A stretch of 62,581 nt of DNA, counting the filler, from Globobulimina sp. (lineage: Eukaryota): NCBI GenBank assembly GCA_003354225.1. It is 25 parts of 25 records of this genome, joined end to end, with 100 filler letters (N's around TTAATTAATTAA, not from the genome) between each part and the next. Parts side by side here need not be neighbours in the genome. Positions count along the whole stretch, not along the records: positions 1 to 2,409 come from PIVH01006846.1; positions 2,510 to 4,918 come from PIVH01006847.1; positions 5,019 to 7,427 come from PIVH01006848.1; positions 7,528 to 9,935 come from PIVH01006849.1; positions 10,036 to 12,443 come from PIVH01006850.1; 20 more parts are not named here. One strand, given 5' to 3'. The translations under genes and the position numbers were made by a program. Positions 1 through 12,543 of this stretch are shown in pieces (within the stretch, counting starts at the first letter, position 1; the number at the start of each line of letters is the position of its first letter). Below the pieces are notes generated by a model, which made no database searches, was not told the origin of the DNA, and worked only from the letters and a program-made list of their open reading frames with translations.

Positions 1-68
1 AAATGTTTGCAAACAAACAGCTCATACAAACTTTCCAGTGACTTCAAGAAAACAATCACTGCAGTACT

Positions 69-2409
69 ATGGCGTCGGATGGGTTCCTTGACGGCGTTAT
101 GTCTAAATTTAAGGAGAAACTGATGAAAGAATCAGAACTATCATTGGAACATCATGTAAAAACATACAAAGAGAAATTAAATAACGTCCAAACCACAAAC
201 AAACAATTAATGGATGAAACCATTGCTGAATATCATACAAAACGTAAAGGTTTAGCAGATAATTTGAATAAAAGCGTAGATTCAATGATTAGTAATACTG
301 AAAAGAAAATCAATAACAAAATATCAACAGCTGCAAGCGAAATGGATTCAAGATTAGCTAAAATTGATGAAGAATTGTTATGTTATATGTTTATCATAAC
401 TCAGCACATAACTCACATAATCACACATAATAATTACATTCAGATTCAACGATCCAAACAAACTATATCAAAAAATCGTAGCCGTCTCAGAAAATCTCCA
501 AAAAGTTAAATTCACACTTTTTTTGAATCAGACACATAACTCAAAGCCACATAACTCAGCAAAGAGAAGATTTTGATAAAGAACGAAGGCAATGGAATGC
601 CGATGATATACGATGTGCAGAATGGTTAGGAATATCATATGATGTTAAAGCTACAGTTGAAAGCAAGGAAGAAGATATTAAATACGGCGGATTGGATGAT
701 GAAGAACCACCAAATAGTTACAGTGGTGGAGATCAAAAGAAACGAAAACGATCAAACTTAAAAAGCAGACGAAAACCAAAAGAGAAAACCAGCGATGAAG
801 ATTTTATTACCATTATGGTGGATGATAGCACATTTAGAACGTATCGGGGCACATTGACTCAGGTTAAAGGGTCATTTATGCAGAAATTGTTTGGTCCGCA
901 TCATGATATGATACATCGGGATGATGCTGGTGTTTATTTTTTAAATTGTAATCCGGAAACATTTGGTCAGGTTTTAGAAATATTGCGGAAACGCGGGGCT
1001 GTTCCAATTGATTTTAAAATGACACCTACATTATATGCTGCATTGCTTGAATATGGTTTATTGGAAGCATTTTTCCCCTCGTTTAAGTTCAGTGAGTTGA
1101 CCATTGGTATTGCTCTTAAGAAAAAGGTGGATTTTCATGTCGTGTTTCAATCATTTAGATCCACCGATAATAATGATGGGAACTATCTGTTGAGTGCTAT
1201 TTATATATACAATGCATCCTTTATGTCTTTTGATTTATATACGTTTATATATCACTTCAAAGTCGTTGGAATGTAAGCCATTTATCACATATTGAGGAGA
1301 AGGAGGAAAAAGAGGAGAAAAAATGTGATGTTGAGGATTGGCAATTGAATGCTGATAATGATTCAGAGATAATATTTTTACAAACAGGATATTATCGGGT
1401 TGTATTTCGATGTTGTATCAGTTATAGCGACGCTGTATGTGCACGGATACATGTTAATGGATCAGAGAAACGAGCAAGTTATCATTATAACAATAATTCT
1501 AATTATAATAAGTCGTATAATTTTAATGACATTTTTGAATTTCAACAAGGAGATAAATTACAATTGTATGCGAGCACTGCGGCAAACAAGGAAGCAAAAG
1601 CATCATATTTATGTATTGAAAATATACCGGCGTCCATATTACCATCAGTTGGAATTTGGACATCAACCGCAACTGATAGTTATTATAGACAATGGAATAC
1701 AGAGAAAAGAGAAAGTAAACGATATTTAAGATCAAATAGTAATAAAAATATTAATATACAGCAAGGCGGATTGTATCGTATTACTGGCAGAATCCATACA
1801 AATTATACAAGCACAGGTACTAGAACTATGAGTTTGTATGAGAATAGAAATGGCAGTAATCATACATTTTATCACCGTCAGGCATCCAATGCCACAGGTT
1901 ACGAATGCCACATATTTGATGAAATTTCTTCATTTAAAAAAGGTGATTATATTACGTTTTATGATAATAATCAAGGAACGGTTAATGATGCTACGTATCA
2001 ACAACTCCAATTACAGCATATTCCGTTTGCTCATGTTATTGTAAATTGGAGATCAAGTTCTAATAAAGATTCAACGATTCGAGTTTGGGATTATGAATAT
2101 TGGTGTAATGATATGTTATATGAATTGAGTGATGACAAAACAACACTTCAAGTAAACGAAAAAGGTAATTACAGAATTAGCGCTCACTTAACTAATTACC
2201 AAGGTTCAGAACAAGGTCATTCATCGTTATTTATCAATGGCGATGAATATTGTGTATCTCGAATGGGATGTTATAACGGAACATGGCACCATACCAGTAA
2301 TATTCAAGAGATTGTTAAACTTGAAGAAGGAGATAAATTACATTTCTATTCAACAAAACCATATGATGATAAGGATGATAATTCGTTTTTTATAGAAAAA
2401 TTATTTTAA
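69..2409 (+). CDS. Coiled-coil + BTB/POZ (KCTD-type) + three C1q/TNF-like domain protein; 4 exons (69-376, 444-504, 560-1188, 1263-2409)
   Basis: GT-AG introns 377-443, 505-559 and 1189-1262 join three ORFs in frame. BTB motif 'FRTYRGTL..VYFLNCNPETFGQVLEILR'; three repeats of 'G.Y.I...(V/I)NG....(F/L)..GD.L..Y'. Confidence 0.75.
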
Positions 2410-2509
2410 NNNNNNNNNNNNNNNNNNNNNNNNNNNNNNNNNNNNNNNNNNNNTTAATTAATTAANNNNNNNNNNNNNNNNNNNNNNNNNNNNNNNNNNN
2501 NNNNNNNNN
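2410..2509. other. Artificial contig spacer (44 N + TTAATTAATTAA + 44 N); first of 24 identical spacers
   Basis: An identical 100-nt block recurs about every 2.5 kb. TTAATTAATTAA gives stops in all six frames, and contig lengths fall steadily from 2409 to 2405. Confidence 0.99.
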
Positions 2510-3066
2510 TCAATAATTTAATCAATAAAATGAAGGAAGGTAACAATATATATCTCATACGATCACAATATAACAAATTAAATAAAGATTTACGACATAA
2601 ATTGATTGGTTTTAATGACAATGATAATAAAATTATTTCAAATCCATTGAATTTACCAATTTCACAAATCAAATTTATCACTGAATATAAATGGAAAATT
2701 GATAAACAACAATTTCTTAAATTTAAACAATTGAAAACAGGCGAAAAGTTATATGGTCCTCAATTTAACTATGCATTGGATGATGGTGTTGGCGATGTGG
2801 TATTTGTCGGTGTTATTCGTAGATCAAATCCACAACAAACTGATTTATCTGGATATGGAATTAAAATTAAAAAATTGCCATCCACAGTATCATCCATTAA
2901 GATTTCATGAAGTTTTGTATTTGAAGAAGCAAACTATGAAAATGTAGAACAGTCCGTTGTATTAAAAAAAGGTGGTTATGATGGATATTTTGGATGTTCA
3001 AATGATATATTTAATAAATTAAATTGTTTATGTTTTATGACTTTTGTCCGTATAACAAAAAATTAA
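2510..3066 (+). pseudogene. 5'-partial MATH-like domain gene interrupted by an in-frame TGA at 2908-2910
   Basis: 'YKWKIDKQQFLKFK...GIKIKKLP..VSSIKIS*SFVFEEANYE'; the frame stays open after the TGA to TAA at 3064-3066, and Trp would fit at that position. Confidence 0.55.
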
Positions 3067-3404
3067 TTTTGGTGCCTTTTCTACGATGTTTTTTTGTGTT
3101 TTATTTTAATTTTTCGCATTTGTTCGGCAATTCTTTGTCTGTATTTTGGAAGGAAAATAGGTTATAAATAAAATGTTAAAAGATAACGTTTTATTAATAA
3201 TGTTAAAAACATTTTTTTGAAGCATGATGAAATATGTTAGTTTATTCTGGGTGCGAGTATGTTTTTTTTGAAATGGTGTATGAGGATCAAAGTGATGTTA
3301 GCTATATAGCGGATGATTCAATTCAATGAGCAGCAACTTGCAATATTGTAAATAGTTTAAATCAATTAATATATTAGATTTTTTAACTGAAAAACACTGG
3401 TGTT

Positions 3405-4380
3405 ATGATGGAGTCTATGGCAATGGGAACAGGAGATGAAGAGTATGAATATGATGATGATTTAGAAGTATATTACGAAAATATGAAGCAAGAAATTGCA
3501 TACTTACATGCGGAATACGCATATCAGCTGTCACAGAATTCTGCATTAATTATCAACAAACAAAAACGAGAGATTGCGACACGAAGAAAACATAAAATCA
3601 TTTCTTATTATGATAATTATATATACACTGATTATAACATGGAAAAATTGAGAAAAAATGTAGATATTTCAATAGATGAGGAATACGGCAGTGTGATAAT
3701 AGCAATTCGTGATGAAGAATTTAAGCGATTGCAAGAAGAAGAAATGAAGCAACCACACCTTTTATATCAACATTCTGCGTATGATGATTATTATACTGCA
3801 CACCATCAACAATCACCAGCACCGCCACCACCATCACCCAATAACAATAACAATGTGCTGATACCACCGCCGCCACCGTCAAATAACAATGTGTTACGAC
3901 CACCGCCGCCACCACAAAGTGTGCGTGCTCGAAGGAAGAGTGTCGAACATATGAATCAATCGAATGTGTTATATATAGTCGATCAAAAGGAAGAAAAAAA
4001 TGAAAAACAGTGGATGAAAAATTTAAAAACAAAAAAATTCAAAATATACTTAAATTGGAAAAAATATCAACAATTACAAGTGCAAAGAATTGAAATGGAG
4101 AGCAAAATTCAAGAGGCAAAGACAAAGGTTTCTTATTGTTATATTTGAATAATTTCATATAAATATATTAATATATTATATATAGAATGATATCAAGACA
4201 AAATTGGATAAGTTACAGGAATTACATCATACAATTGATAAACACACAAGTTTGCGGATTGAATATGTTAAGAATGTTAATAAAGAAATGAATCGATTGA
4301 GACAAACTATAAACATACTAATGACACGGTGCACGTACATGGCCAATGTGACTGATCATGCTACGATTGCAAATATGTAA
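3405..4380 (+). CDS. Hypothetical proline-rich/coiled-coil protein, 2 exons (intron 4128-4185)
   Basis: Three polyproline tracts; a GTTTCT...TATAG intron restores the frame to TAA at 4378-4380. Confidence 0.65.
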
Positions 4381-5243
4381 GGAACTGTCCAATGTTATTC
4401 TCATTAATTGTTTTCAAAACTACTCGTTTTTTCGTCGTTAAAGAACGTGAAAAGTTGCTATTTTCGTATATCGAAACAATGAGAATGTCTTTTGTGAAAA
4501 CCTTTCAAGTAAAGTGTAGAGCTTCTACTGAGACAGTATTTCTTGCGATGACAACGTAAGTTTTTCCCAAATATAAAATAATCGTGTCGCAGATGTCATT
4601 TCTGCAATAAAACCTACGTTGGAGCAAAATTTATCAAAGGAATTTCTGAAAAGGAAGGATCTAAGGAAGGATATATACATCTAGATATATTGGTGACTGT
4701 GGTGACTGTGATGAATGTGGTGTTGTAGGTTGTTCTTTATTTGCTTTATTTTTTAACTGGTCTGGAGCAGTGTTGCTTTATTTAATTATTTTATTAAAGC
4801 TAACTCGAAAAATTGTATTATATAGATTATAAATCAGCAAATAACAATGACATTAATATACATGCAAAAAAATATAAGTCTATGCTCCGTCAGATTCCGG
4901 ATCAATAAAATGCATTTTNNNNNNNNNNNNNNNNNNNNNNNNNNNNNNNNNNNNNNNNNNNNTTAATTAATTAANNNNNNNNNNNNNNNNNNNNNNNNNN
5001 NNNNNNNNNNNNNNNNNNTTCTCAGAAACAATAAAAATCTGACGCTGAAAACATGATACTCTTATAAAAATAAGTGTTCACATCGTTTTTTTTTGGAATC
5101 TATTAAAAAGTCGAAACTTTTAGGCAGCTTTTTTGCGGAACATAAGTGTGGAGAAACAGATTTGCGGCAGTCTAAAAACTTTTCCGCAAAACTGTTTGTA
5201 TGGTAACATTAAATGCCCAACGTCGAGCATGGAGCCAACATCG

Positions 5244-5279
5244 GTTCCGCTATTTGGCGCAGTTCCGCTATTTGGCGCA
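5244..5279 (+). repeat. 18-bp tandem duplication GTTCCGCTATTTGGCGCA x2
   Basis: Read directly from the sequence. Confidence 0.9.
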
Positions 5280-5397
5280 TGGGGAGAGCGTAGAGAAAGC
5301 AGTTGTGCCAAGTTTTGGAAATGTTCAGAACTTCGTTTTTTTCATTATTTTGAAATAAAACGGCAGCTGCTAAAAAAATAATGAAACTTATCAAATT

Positions 5398-5537
5398 GTT
5401 TCAACACTCAGTTCATTTAGTTTATTTTCAATTTGTGCATGTTTTGATGATATATCACGCGTTTCATAGACGGTATCATGAACCCTTGATTACCATCAGT
5501 GTGGAATTGGTCATTCAGGAATGTCATATGATCATCA
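5398..5537 (+). repeat. Left arm of a long inverted repeat (partner 7266-7427)
   Basis: GTTTCAACACTCAGTTCATTTAG...GATCATCA is the reverse complement of 7266-7427 apart from a few substitutions and a 22-nt indel. Confidence 0.95.
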
Positions 5538-5969
5538 AAAAAATAATGATTGAATTAATGATCAGCAAAAATGTTTCAACAATTTAATGATTGAATTAAA
5601 AAATATGACAGTCAAATTACGTCATTGATATCTTTGTTTTTGCCATGTCGTGGACTAAGAATACTAAACTAAAGATGTTAGCACTGTGAGATTGTGTAAA
5701 TTAATAAGATTTCGTGTGGTGCATGTTTTGAATATGGTCATAGTATCAAATGTTGATGGATATAATGGTCCAGAGTCTGTACAGCTTCAAATATTTTAAT
5801 ACATAATGTGGAAAATGCAGCTGGATTGTATGCAGAAAATCATAATTCATAATTAATTAGTTTCTATCCTCCGCTTATTTCCTTCTCTCTCTATTATTTT
5901 AATAGTATTGGTACAACAACAAAAACAAAAACAATACATCACTGACAAAAACAACTTCTAACTGTTGTC

Positions 5970-7144
5970 ATGGGTATAATACAATATTTTAACTCTTGGT
6001 TCCATATTTGGATAATACAGCAACCACCAAAATCAAAATTAGATTTATATCACTGGAATTTTTATACTATATTTGTACACTGGAACAACTTCAGAGTCAT
6101 ATTATGTGACTGCATTGATGCTTGTATAGACAGTATGGGGCCGACATACAATTATTTTTTGAAAAGTGCAGTGAAATGTATTGGCAAACCATTTGTTGCT
6201 TTAACCACCATTTTATTCCCATTTGTTATGTACATTCTATCTTTGTTTGACAAAAAATACCTTACTTATATATCAAAACCATTATTATATTGGCAAGGAC
6301 TAATTCAACCCGGTGATGAAACACATTTTACATCATTTGTGTGGAAATATTATTTATTATTTACGACAGGAAATGTGGGTTATAGCATTGGAAATAAACA
6401 ATATTTTTATAAATTTTGTCTTAATAACAATATTCCAACCATTCCATGCATTCAAAATGCAAAAGATATACATTTCTATCAACAAAGGAGTGTGAATGAA
6501 TTTGTGATCAAAAAATCTGTTGGTGGTTGTAGCGTTGGTACGTTTTCAACACATAATCCACAAACATATTTAGCAGAAATACCAAATATTGTAATTCAAC
6601 CTCGTTGCACAAATGATGAATCAATCAAAGTTATAACTGGAATATCAAATATATTATGTGTCTTTCGGGTTGTTACATATTGTTCAGATTTAGCGGGAAA
6701 GTACCGCCAGATGATGAAAAAAATAAAGTTGCTTGTAGTTTTGCATGTGGTGCAACTGGATACATTTGGGACTTCAATAAAAAACAATTTGTATCCAAAA
6801 TAAATATAATCTCTGTATCAGATGAATCAACAGATATACATACATATGTATATGAGAATACAAGTTTAAGTAAAGACATGTTCAGACAATTAAATAAAGT
6901 TGAAATGAAAGGATTGAATGAATTTATAATTCAATGTGAAGAAATTCATCATAAATATTTAGATGAATTGGTTGGTGTGGGATGGGATATTATTAAAATA
7001 CAAAATGGTAAATGGGTTATTATTGAGTGTAATCCTGAATGTGGATATTTTTATCCTGACATCACATATGCTAACAAAATCAAAAATTGTTTTTTTGATA
7101 AAATACAGCAAACGTATTGCAAAAGCTTATTATGTGTTATCTAA
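5970..7144 (+). pseudogene. ATP-grasp-fold protein (sugar-transfer-associated ATP-grasp-like), frameshifted near 6670-6680
   Basis: 'GNKQYFYKFC..NNIPTIP', 'FVIKKSVGGCSVG', 'VIQPR', 'FRVVT', then in another frame 'VGWDII....WVIIECN'. Confidence 0.65.
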
Positions 7145-7265
7145 TAGTAAATTTGTAGATTATGCATATAATTTGTTCCATAAAACATAGCAAAAACTCC
7201 GCAACTATGTTCCGCAAAAATAGTGTCCAATGATACATGATGATCACATGATCACAATGATCACA

Positions 7266-7427
7266 TGATGATCACATGAAATTCCTGAATGACCAATTCC
7301 ACACTGATGGTAATCATGAATCAGTTAGATTATGACCAAGGGTTCATGATACCTTCTATGAAACGCGTGATATATCATCAAAACATGCACAAATTGAAAA
7401 TAAACTAAATGAACTGAGTGTTGAAAC
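7266..7427 (-). repeat. Right arm of the long inverted repeat, cut by the contig end; preceded by (GATCACAT)-type tandem repeats at 7232-7278
   Basis: Reverse-complement match to 5398-5537. Confidence 0.95.
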
Positions 7428-7557
7428 NNNNNNNNNNNNNNNNNNNNNNNNNNNNNNNNNNNNNNNNNNNNTTAATTAATTAANNNNNNNNNNNNNNNNN
7501 NNNNNNNNNNNNNNNNNNNNNNNNNNNATTTTTGAACATTTTTAAGAAAATGCGGAA

Positions 7558-7962
7558 TAGAGTGGAAACAAAGAGTAAAAACCCAAATACCCAAAACCCA
7601 AACCCAAATATCCCCCAAATACCCAAATAGTGAAATTTCGTGGAAAAATGATGTTTTTCCAAAAAGTTTTGCCTATATCTCCATATAACATTGTTTTGTA
7701 ATGAAATATAATGCTATTTAACAGCAAGATATCCATTTCTGATTACACAGAACTTCAAAAAAGACCCTTTCTCCTCCGAAAATTTACAGGATTTCCATAG
7801 TCGGGTCAAAAAGTTCAAAAAATCGAGCTAAAATACCAAATTTTTGCTATTTGGGTTTTGGGGATCGAAAACCCAAAACCCAAACCCAAAACCCAAATAG
7901 CTAAAAACACCCCAAATACCCAATTACCCAAACCCAAAACCCAAATATTTGTTTCCACTCTA
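7558..7962. mobile_element. MITE (405 bp) with 15-bp TIRs TAGAGTGGAAACAAA and ACCCAAA subterminal repeats (hAT-like)
   Basis: Perfect inverted repeat 7558-7572 / 7948-7962; clustered (A)ACCCAAA units near both ends; no convincing ORF. Confidence 0.8.
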
Positions 7963-8951
7963 GAAATCAACCAAATTTTTGGACATGGACATTTTTGGAC
8001 AATACAGCAGTAATTAATAATTGTATATCTCTACATATGGCACTTACCAAAATAGTACCACCCGTGTGAGTTCTAAACGGTTTCAAAGCAAATCTGTTGA
8101 CCACAAAATTGGGTACACAAGCAACACATGGCACTTCCATATAGATGCTACATTGACACTCCACTAAAATATAAACCATTATTCGTATCTATGAAATTTA
8201 GCTTTCTTTGTGTTGTTGCGTGCTTTTCATTTGTGCACGACGCAAGAACGCCAGATGAAAAGAACGCAACAAAAACAATTTATTCTAAAGTCTGTCTAAA
8301 AAAGAAAGGCCAAATAGGTTTTTTGTGAATTTTATTTTAACTAACGAGCAAATCTCAGACATTAATACACCAAAATGTTCCTCCAAGCAACGCGGACCAT
8401 GATCTGAAATTATTTTTAAAAAATTCAATTTTTTTCACAAATTTGGAACCATGCAAAAAATCGACTTTTTTGGAAATGTGCCAATTTTTCCGAAAATTAG
8501 AGAATCGATAGCATATGTATCGGAGATATCGTACACCAAATATCAGTCCGATTGCTTTTTTCGCTGCAGAGTTACTACCATTTCTCCGAGCCCTGTCTGA
8601 GCCAAAAATGACCAAAAAAGTGCGAAAAACAGTTTTCACGCGGCAAAACGGTCAAAATTTGCTCCAAAGTTCTCAAATGCCAACGCATGCATAGTAAATT
8701 TGTATTCTGCGTCGAATAGTGCTATTTCCAGGTCTCTACGACCCTCCGTTGTCGAGATTTTGACCAATTTTACAACAAAGTGAGAGAAAATTTGGCAAAA
8801 AAGTCTATTTTTTTGAAAATGCATTTTTCGTAAGTGTCACGGATGAATTTAAAATGAAAAATAACCCCCGGAAACGTGTTTTTGTCCAATTTTAGCAATC
8901 AAATATAGCATACCAAAATTTTTCCAACTATTTCCAAAAATTTTCCAACTC

Positions 8952-9002
8952 ACGAGCCGAGCCCGAGCCGAGCCGAGCTTTTCAGGCTCGTGTGCATCTC
9001 TA
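8952..9002. mobile_element. Right end of a hAT-like element (GAGCC subterminal repeats, terminus ...GTGTGCATCTCTA)
   Basis: A (CGAGC)n array is followed by the reverse complement of TAGAGATGCAC, a TAGAG-starting TIR like that of the neighbouring MITE. No left end was found. Confidence 0.55.
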
Positions 9003-9489
9003 TCAGGTACTATACAAAATACTGTTTCACTTTCATGCTCTTTGGAAGTTTTCTTAGTACAAAATTAAAATTGTAGTAAAATTAAAGATATACGTTTGAG
9101 AAATTTATAAATTTTCCCCCATTTTCCAGCATTGAATGGATGGACTTTCTCCAAACCACAAAAGGATATGTCATAACAAGGATGGAATACAATTGGCCAT
9201 TGATTTTGTTTTAATTTGACAAATAACTCTGACTTTGATACATTCTCTCAGCGTTTTCTGAAATTAAGTTAAGATATACCGTACTTTAGACCTTACACTA
9301 GGGTTCTAGGCGGTTCCCCCCAAACACTGTAATTAATAGAGGTCGTGTAAACAATCTGGGTAAGATGTGCATGTTACGGTAGGCCGCTGCGAGAACACGT
9401 GCAAGAAGGAGCGCGCGAAGTTTAATTGACCTTGACCTGTTAAAAATCCGAAGTCATAAAAATTTGCTTCTGGGCAGACCTGAAGAAGG

Positions 9490-9891
9490 GGGGGCTAGGG
9501 GGGGCTGGCCCACCCTGAGCATCGGGCTAGCCCCCCCCTAGCCTGGGGGCAGAATTTTTGGGAATTTCGGGTCATGAAATTTGGGCCAAAATGATGTTTT
9601 CTGACCAAATAAATGTTTATTTTTACTCCAAACAGCCCTCAAAACACGCCATAAATCCGTTCCTAGCAGTTTACCATAAAAATCTGACATAAAAACCTCA
9701 AGACAGTGGTCAAAAATTATTTTAAATTCCGATATAATTATCTCGTATGCCTTAAAAAGTGATTAATGATTGGTGATACTACTATTCCTGTCGTTTTTTA
9801 GCTCAAAAACGCAATATTTTGGCCAAAAATCGCTATTTTGGGTTAGCCCCCCCTAGCCTGGGGGAAAAGTCGCCAGCCCCCCCTAGCCCCC
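9490..9891. mobile_element. MITE-like element with a perfect 20-bp GC-rich inverted repeat GGGGGCTAGGGGGGGCTGGC
   Basis: Inverted repeat 9490-9509 / 9872-9891; internal direct repeats TAGC(n)TAGCCTGGGGG at about 9528 and 9844. Confidence 0.7.
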
Positions 9892-10035
9892 GGGCAAAAT
9901 TTTTGAAATTAGCCTAAATCAGCTGAAAATGGTCTNNNNNNNNNNNNNNNNNNNNNNNNNNNNNNNNNNNNNNNNNNNNTTAATTAATTAANNNNNNNNN
10001 NNNNNNNNNNNNNNNNNNNNNNNNNNNNNNNNNNN

Positions 10036-12149
10036 CATTTATGCCACATTCTCACCACATGGAACCGGAGCAAACCAAGGATGATTTCGCCGATTTAAGT
10101 GCGCGGTTTCCGAAGTTTGAAGCCTTGCTGACATCGAACTATTTGTACGGCGAATGCCATTTACGTGGATATATGATAAATTCTTGCAACATCCCGTCCG
10201 GCCCGACATTGACCAGATTGCTGATTGTGTTGTCGCGCAGTATCAGTGCTTTGAGCAATATCATAGCGCACCGCGCGGAGAATCGATTTGAAATATTGCA
10301 CGGAATCGAAATGTTACAATTTATCACGAAATGGGAGCACGTCATTGATGATTTGGGGCTGTTGGGGAAGGAGAGGCGCATTGCCATTGCCGCCATTGCG
10401 GGGATTATTCATTGTGGTATTTTCCTGAAAATGTATGGTTTGAACCGCTATGATATTTTATTAAATCAAATATGTAAATCAAATTTAAGTGGGACACTGC
10501 AGCAAATTGAGATATGGTACAACCAGGAAAAGGTGGATAGTGTGGAATTTGTGGATGATGAGTATGTGGAGAATATAAAATATCTGCAAGAGGATGCTGA
10601 TCATTTATGGAGTAATCAGAAATTAGCACACGGCCCCATAGAATTATTGGTGGTGAAAACATTTCGATTCGTGATATTGGAGAGGTTCATATTTCTATGG
10701 AGGAAATTATTGAAGAAAATCGGGTTACATGCTTCGCATTTTATCGATTTGGGCAGTTTGTACACACAGTTTAGTTCCTGGCTGATGGAGTTTGCCGGCG
10801 ACTTACAAGCTACGTATCAAATGGCCATCATTTATTGCCAGGAAAACAAAATTGAAAATCTGCAGCATACTTTGGAGCCGTTGACCAAATACAATATGTT
10901 CGATGGCGATGACAAAACCAATGATATCTATCATAAGTTGGAAGTGGACAAAATAATGCAATCGTTCAGTGAGAAAATCGCATTATTTCGGCAAGAACAC
11001 GAAGAAAAAAAACAGGAAGAAAAGCGCGACCCCTATGGTTATGGTGCGGTGCCGGAAGAGAATGAATTTGAGAAAAGGATAAATTATAACAATGACAATC
11101 TGTGGTATGCGGCCTATGACGTATTTAAGATTGAAGGTGATTTGCCAGCGACAGTGTCGTATAATAAATGTTCATCGGAATGGATAACAATCGCCACCGG
11201 CGCGGGATTGCGGGAGATAAATATTGACTGTTCATTGCGCTTTCGACTGCGAAGCGAGGATAGGTTGCAATTATTAGACTGTGAATACGATAACTTTACA
11301 GACTGTCTGCAGCGATTTGGCGAGATTGAGTGTCCGAAACATACCGAAATCTTTGGCAATTCGCCATTTGCTGGCTATGGGTCGGGGGACAAACGGCATT
11401 GTAAACCGTATAGTATATCCGTATCAAATTCGAATAAAATTAATGAGAATGCAAAACCATATCCCATCAATCCATTGTTACCGCGGATACAATTGAAGCG
11501 ATTGCCGAATTTCCTGAGCTCGCCGCAACAAACAGCTATGTCATCGCCGCGAGCAAAGCTAAAAAGCACCGCTGCATCTCCGCCATCATTGAAGCTGCAA
11601 CGTAAGCCATCGGAAGTATACTTCGGTGCGTACGGCATTGACGACTCCAAATCCGACGCACGTTCAAAATATTCCGTCGACAAAACTGACTTCAAATCGA
11701 CATATAACGTCAATACGACCACCATTGGCAATGACAAACCGGAACCAGCAGTCACCAATACATTGCAAAGTAACTTATTGTATGGATTCAGCTCATATAA
11801 GCTGGATGTTCCACTATTTTATCATTGTTTGGATATAGCGGCCATTGAAGACAAACGACGGTCATTAAGTAATACGTACCGGTTTTATACGCGTGTCATA
11901 TCGCAGCAGAATAAAGCTGTCAATAATTGTTACGGCAGCGGCAAAAATAACAACAAGCAGCAGTTACAAGTGAGTGATAAGGACATTGCAGCGCGGAATG
12001 AGATATATTTATTGATTGCGGCCCATCCGAGTTTGCCGCTGTACATAACCGCAAATACAAAGACTGATGGCCTGCGTTTATGGCATTATCATCACCAATA
12101 TCCATATTGGCTGCTGGACTCCATAACCATATGCCTTTCTATTTTCTAA
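10036..12149 (+). CDS. Partial large protein resembling the C-terminal region of DmX/rabconnectin-3 (start of a WD40 propeller)
   Basis: 702-aa ORF open from the contig start; 'AAHPSLPLYITA..DGLRLWHY' resembles the first blade of the DMXL C-terminal WD40 region. Confidence 0.45.
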
Positions 12150-12543
12150 TGTTTTAAAATGCCATATCCATTCCAAATCTATCCAAATTAAGCAGCTAGC
12201 AATACTTGTGTCTGCTGACTATGATTTCGTTTGTGTTGACTGTGTTTGCTTGTTCGTTCCTTTTTGTTTACAAAAGGTCACAAAATCGTACCGTTTCTGT
12301 GGAAAGAGCCAAATGTTAAAGGTGACATTTAACTTTTTGCTTTTCAGTTTGAAATTACTGTTTTTACTGTAAACTCTTTGAATTTACAGTTTTTTACAGA
12401 TTATTCAAAATAAAAACATTGAAAGTCAAAATTGAATTCTTAANNNNNNNNNNNNNNNNNNNNNNNNNNNNNNNNNNNNNNNNNNNNTTAATTAATTAAN
12501 NNNNNNNNNNNNNNNNNNNNNNNNNNNNNNNNNNNNNNNNNNN

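Noticed and set aside
7575-7947. CCCAAAA/ACCCAAA runs as telomeric repeats
   Set aside because: The units are irregular, occur in both orientations and are enclosed by TIRs, so they fit transposon subterminal repeats better.
7967-8824. Short ORFs in the repeat-rich contig
   Set aside because: They have no recognisable motifs and lie among transposon-derived non-coding sequence.
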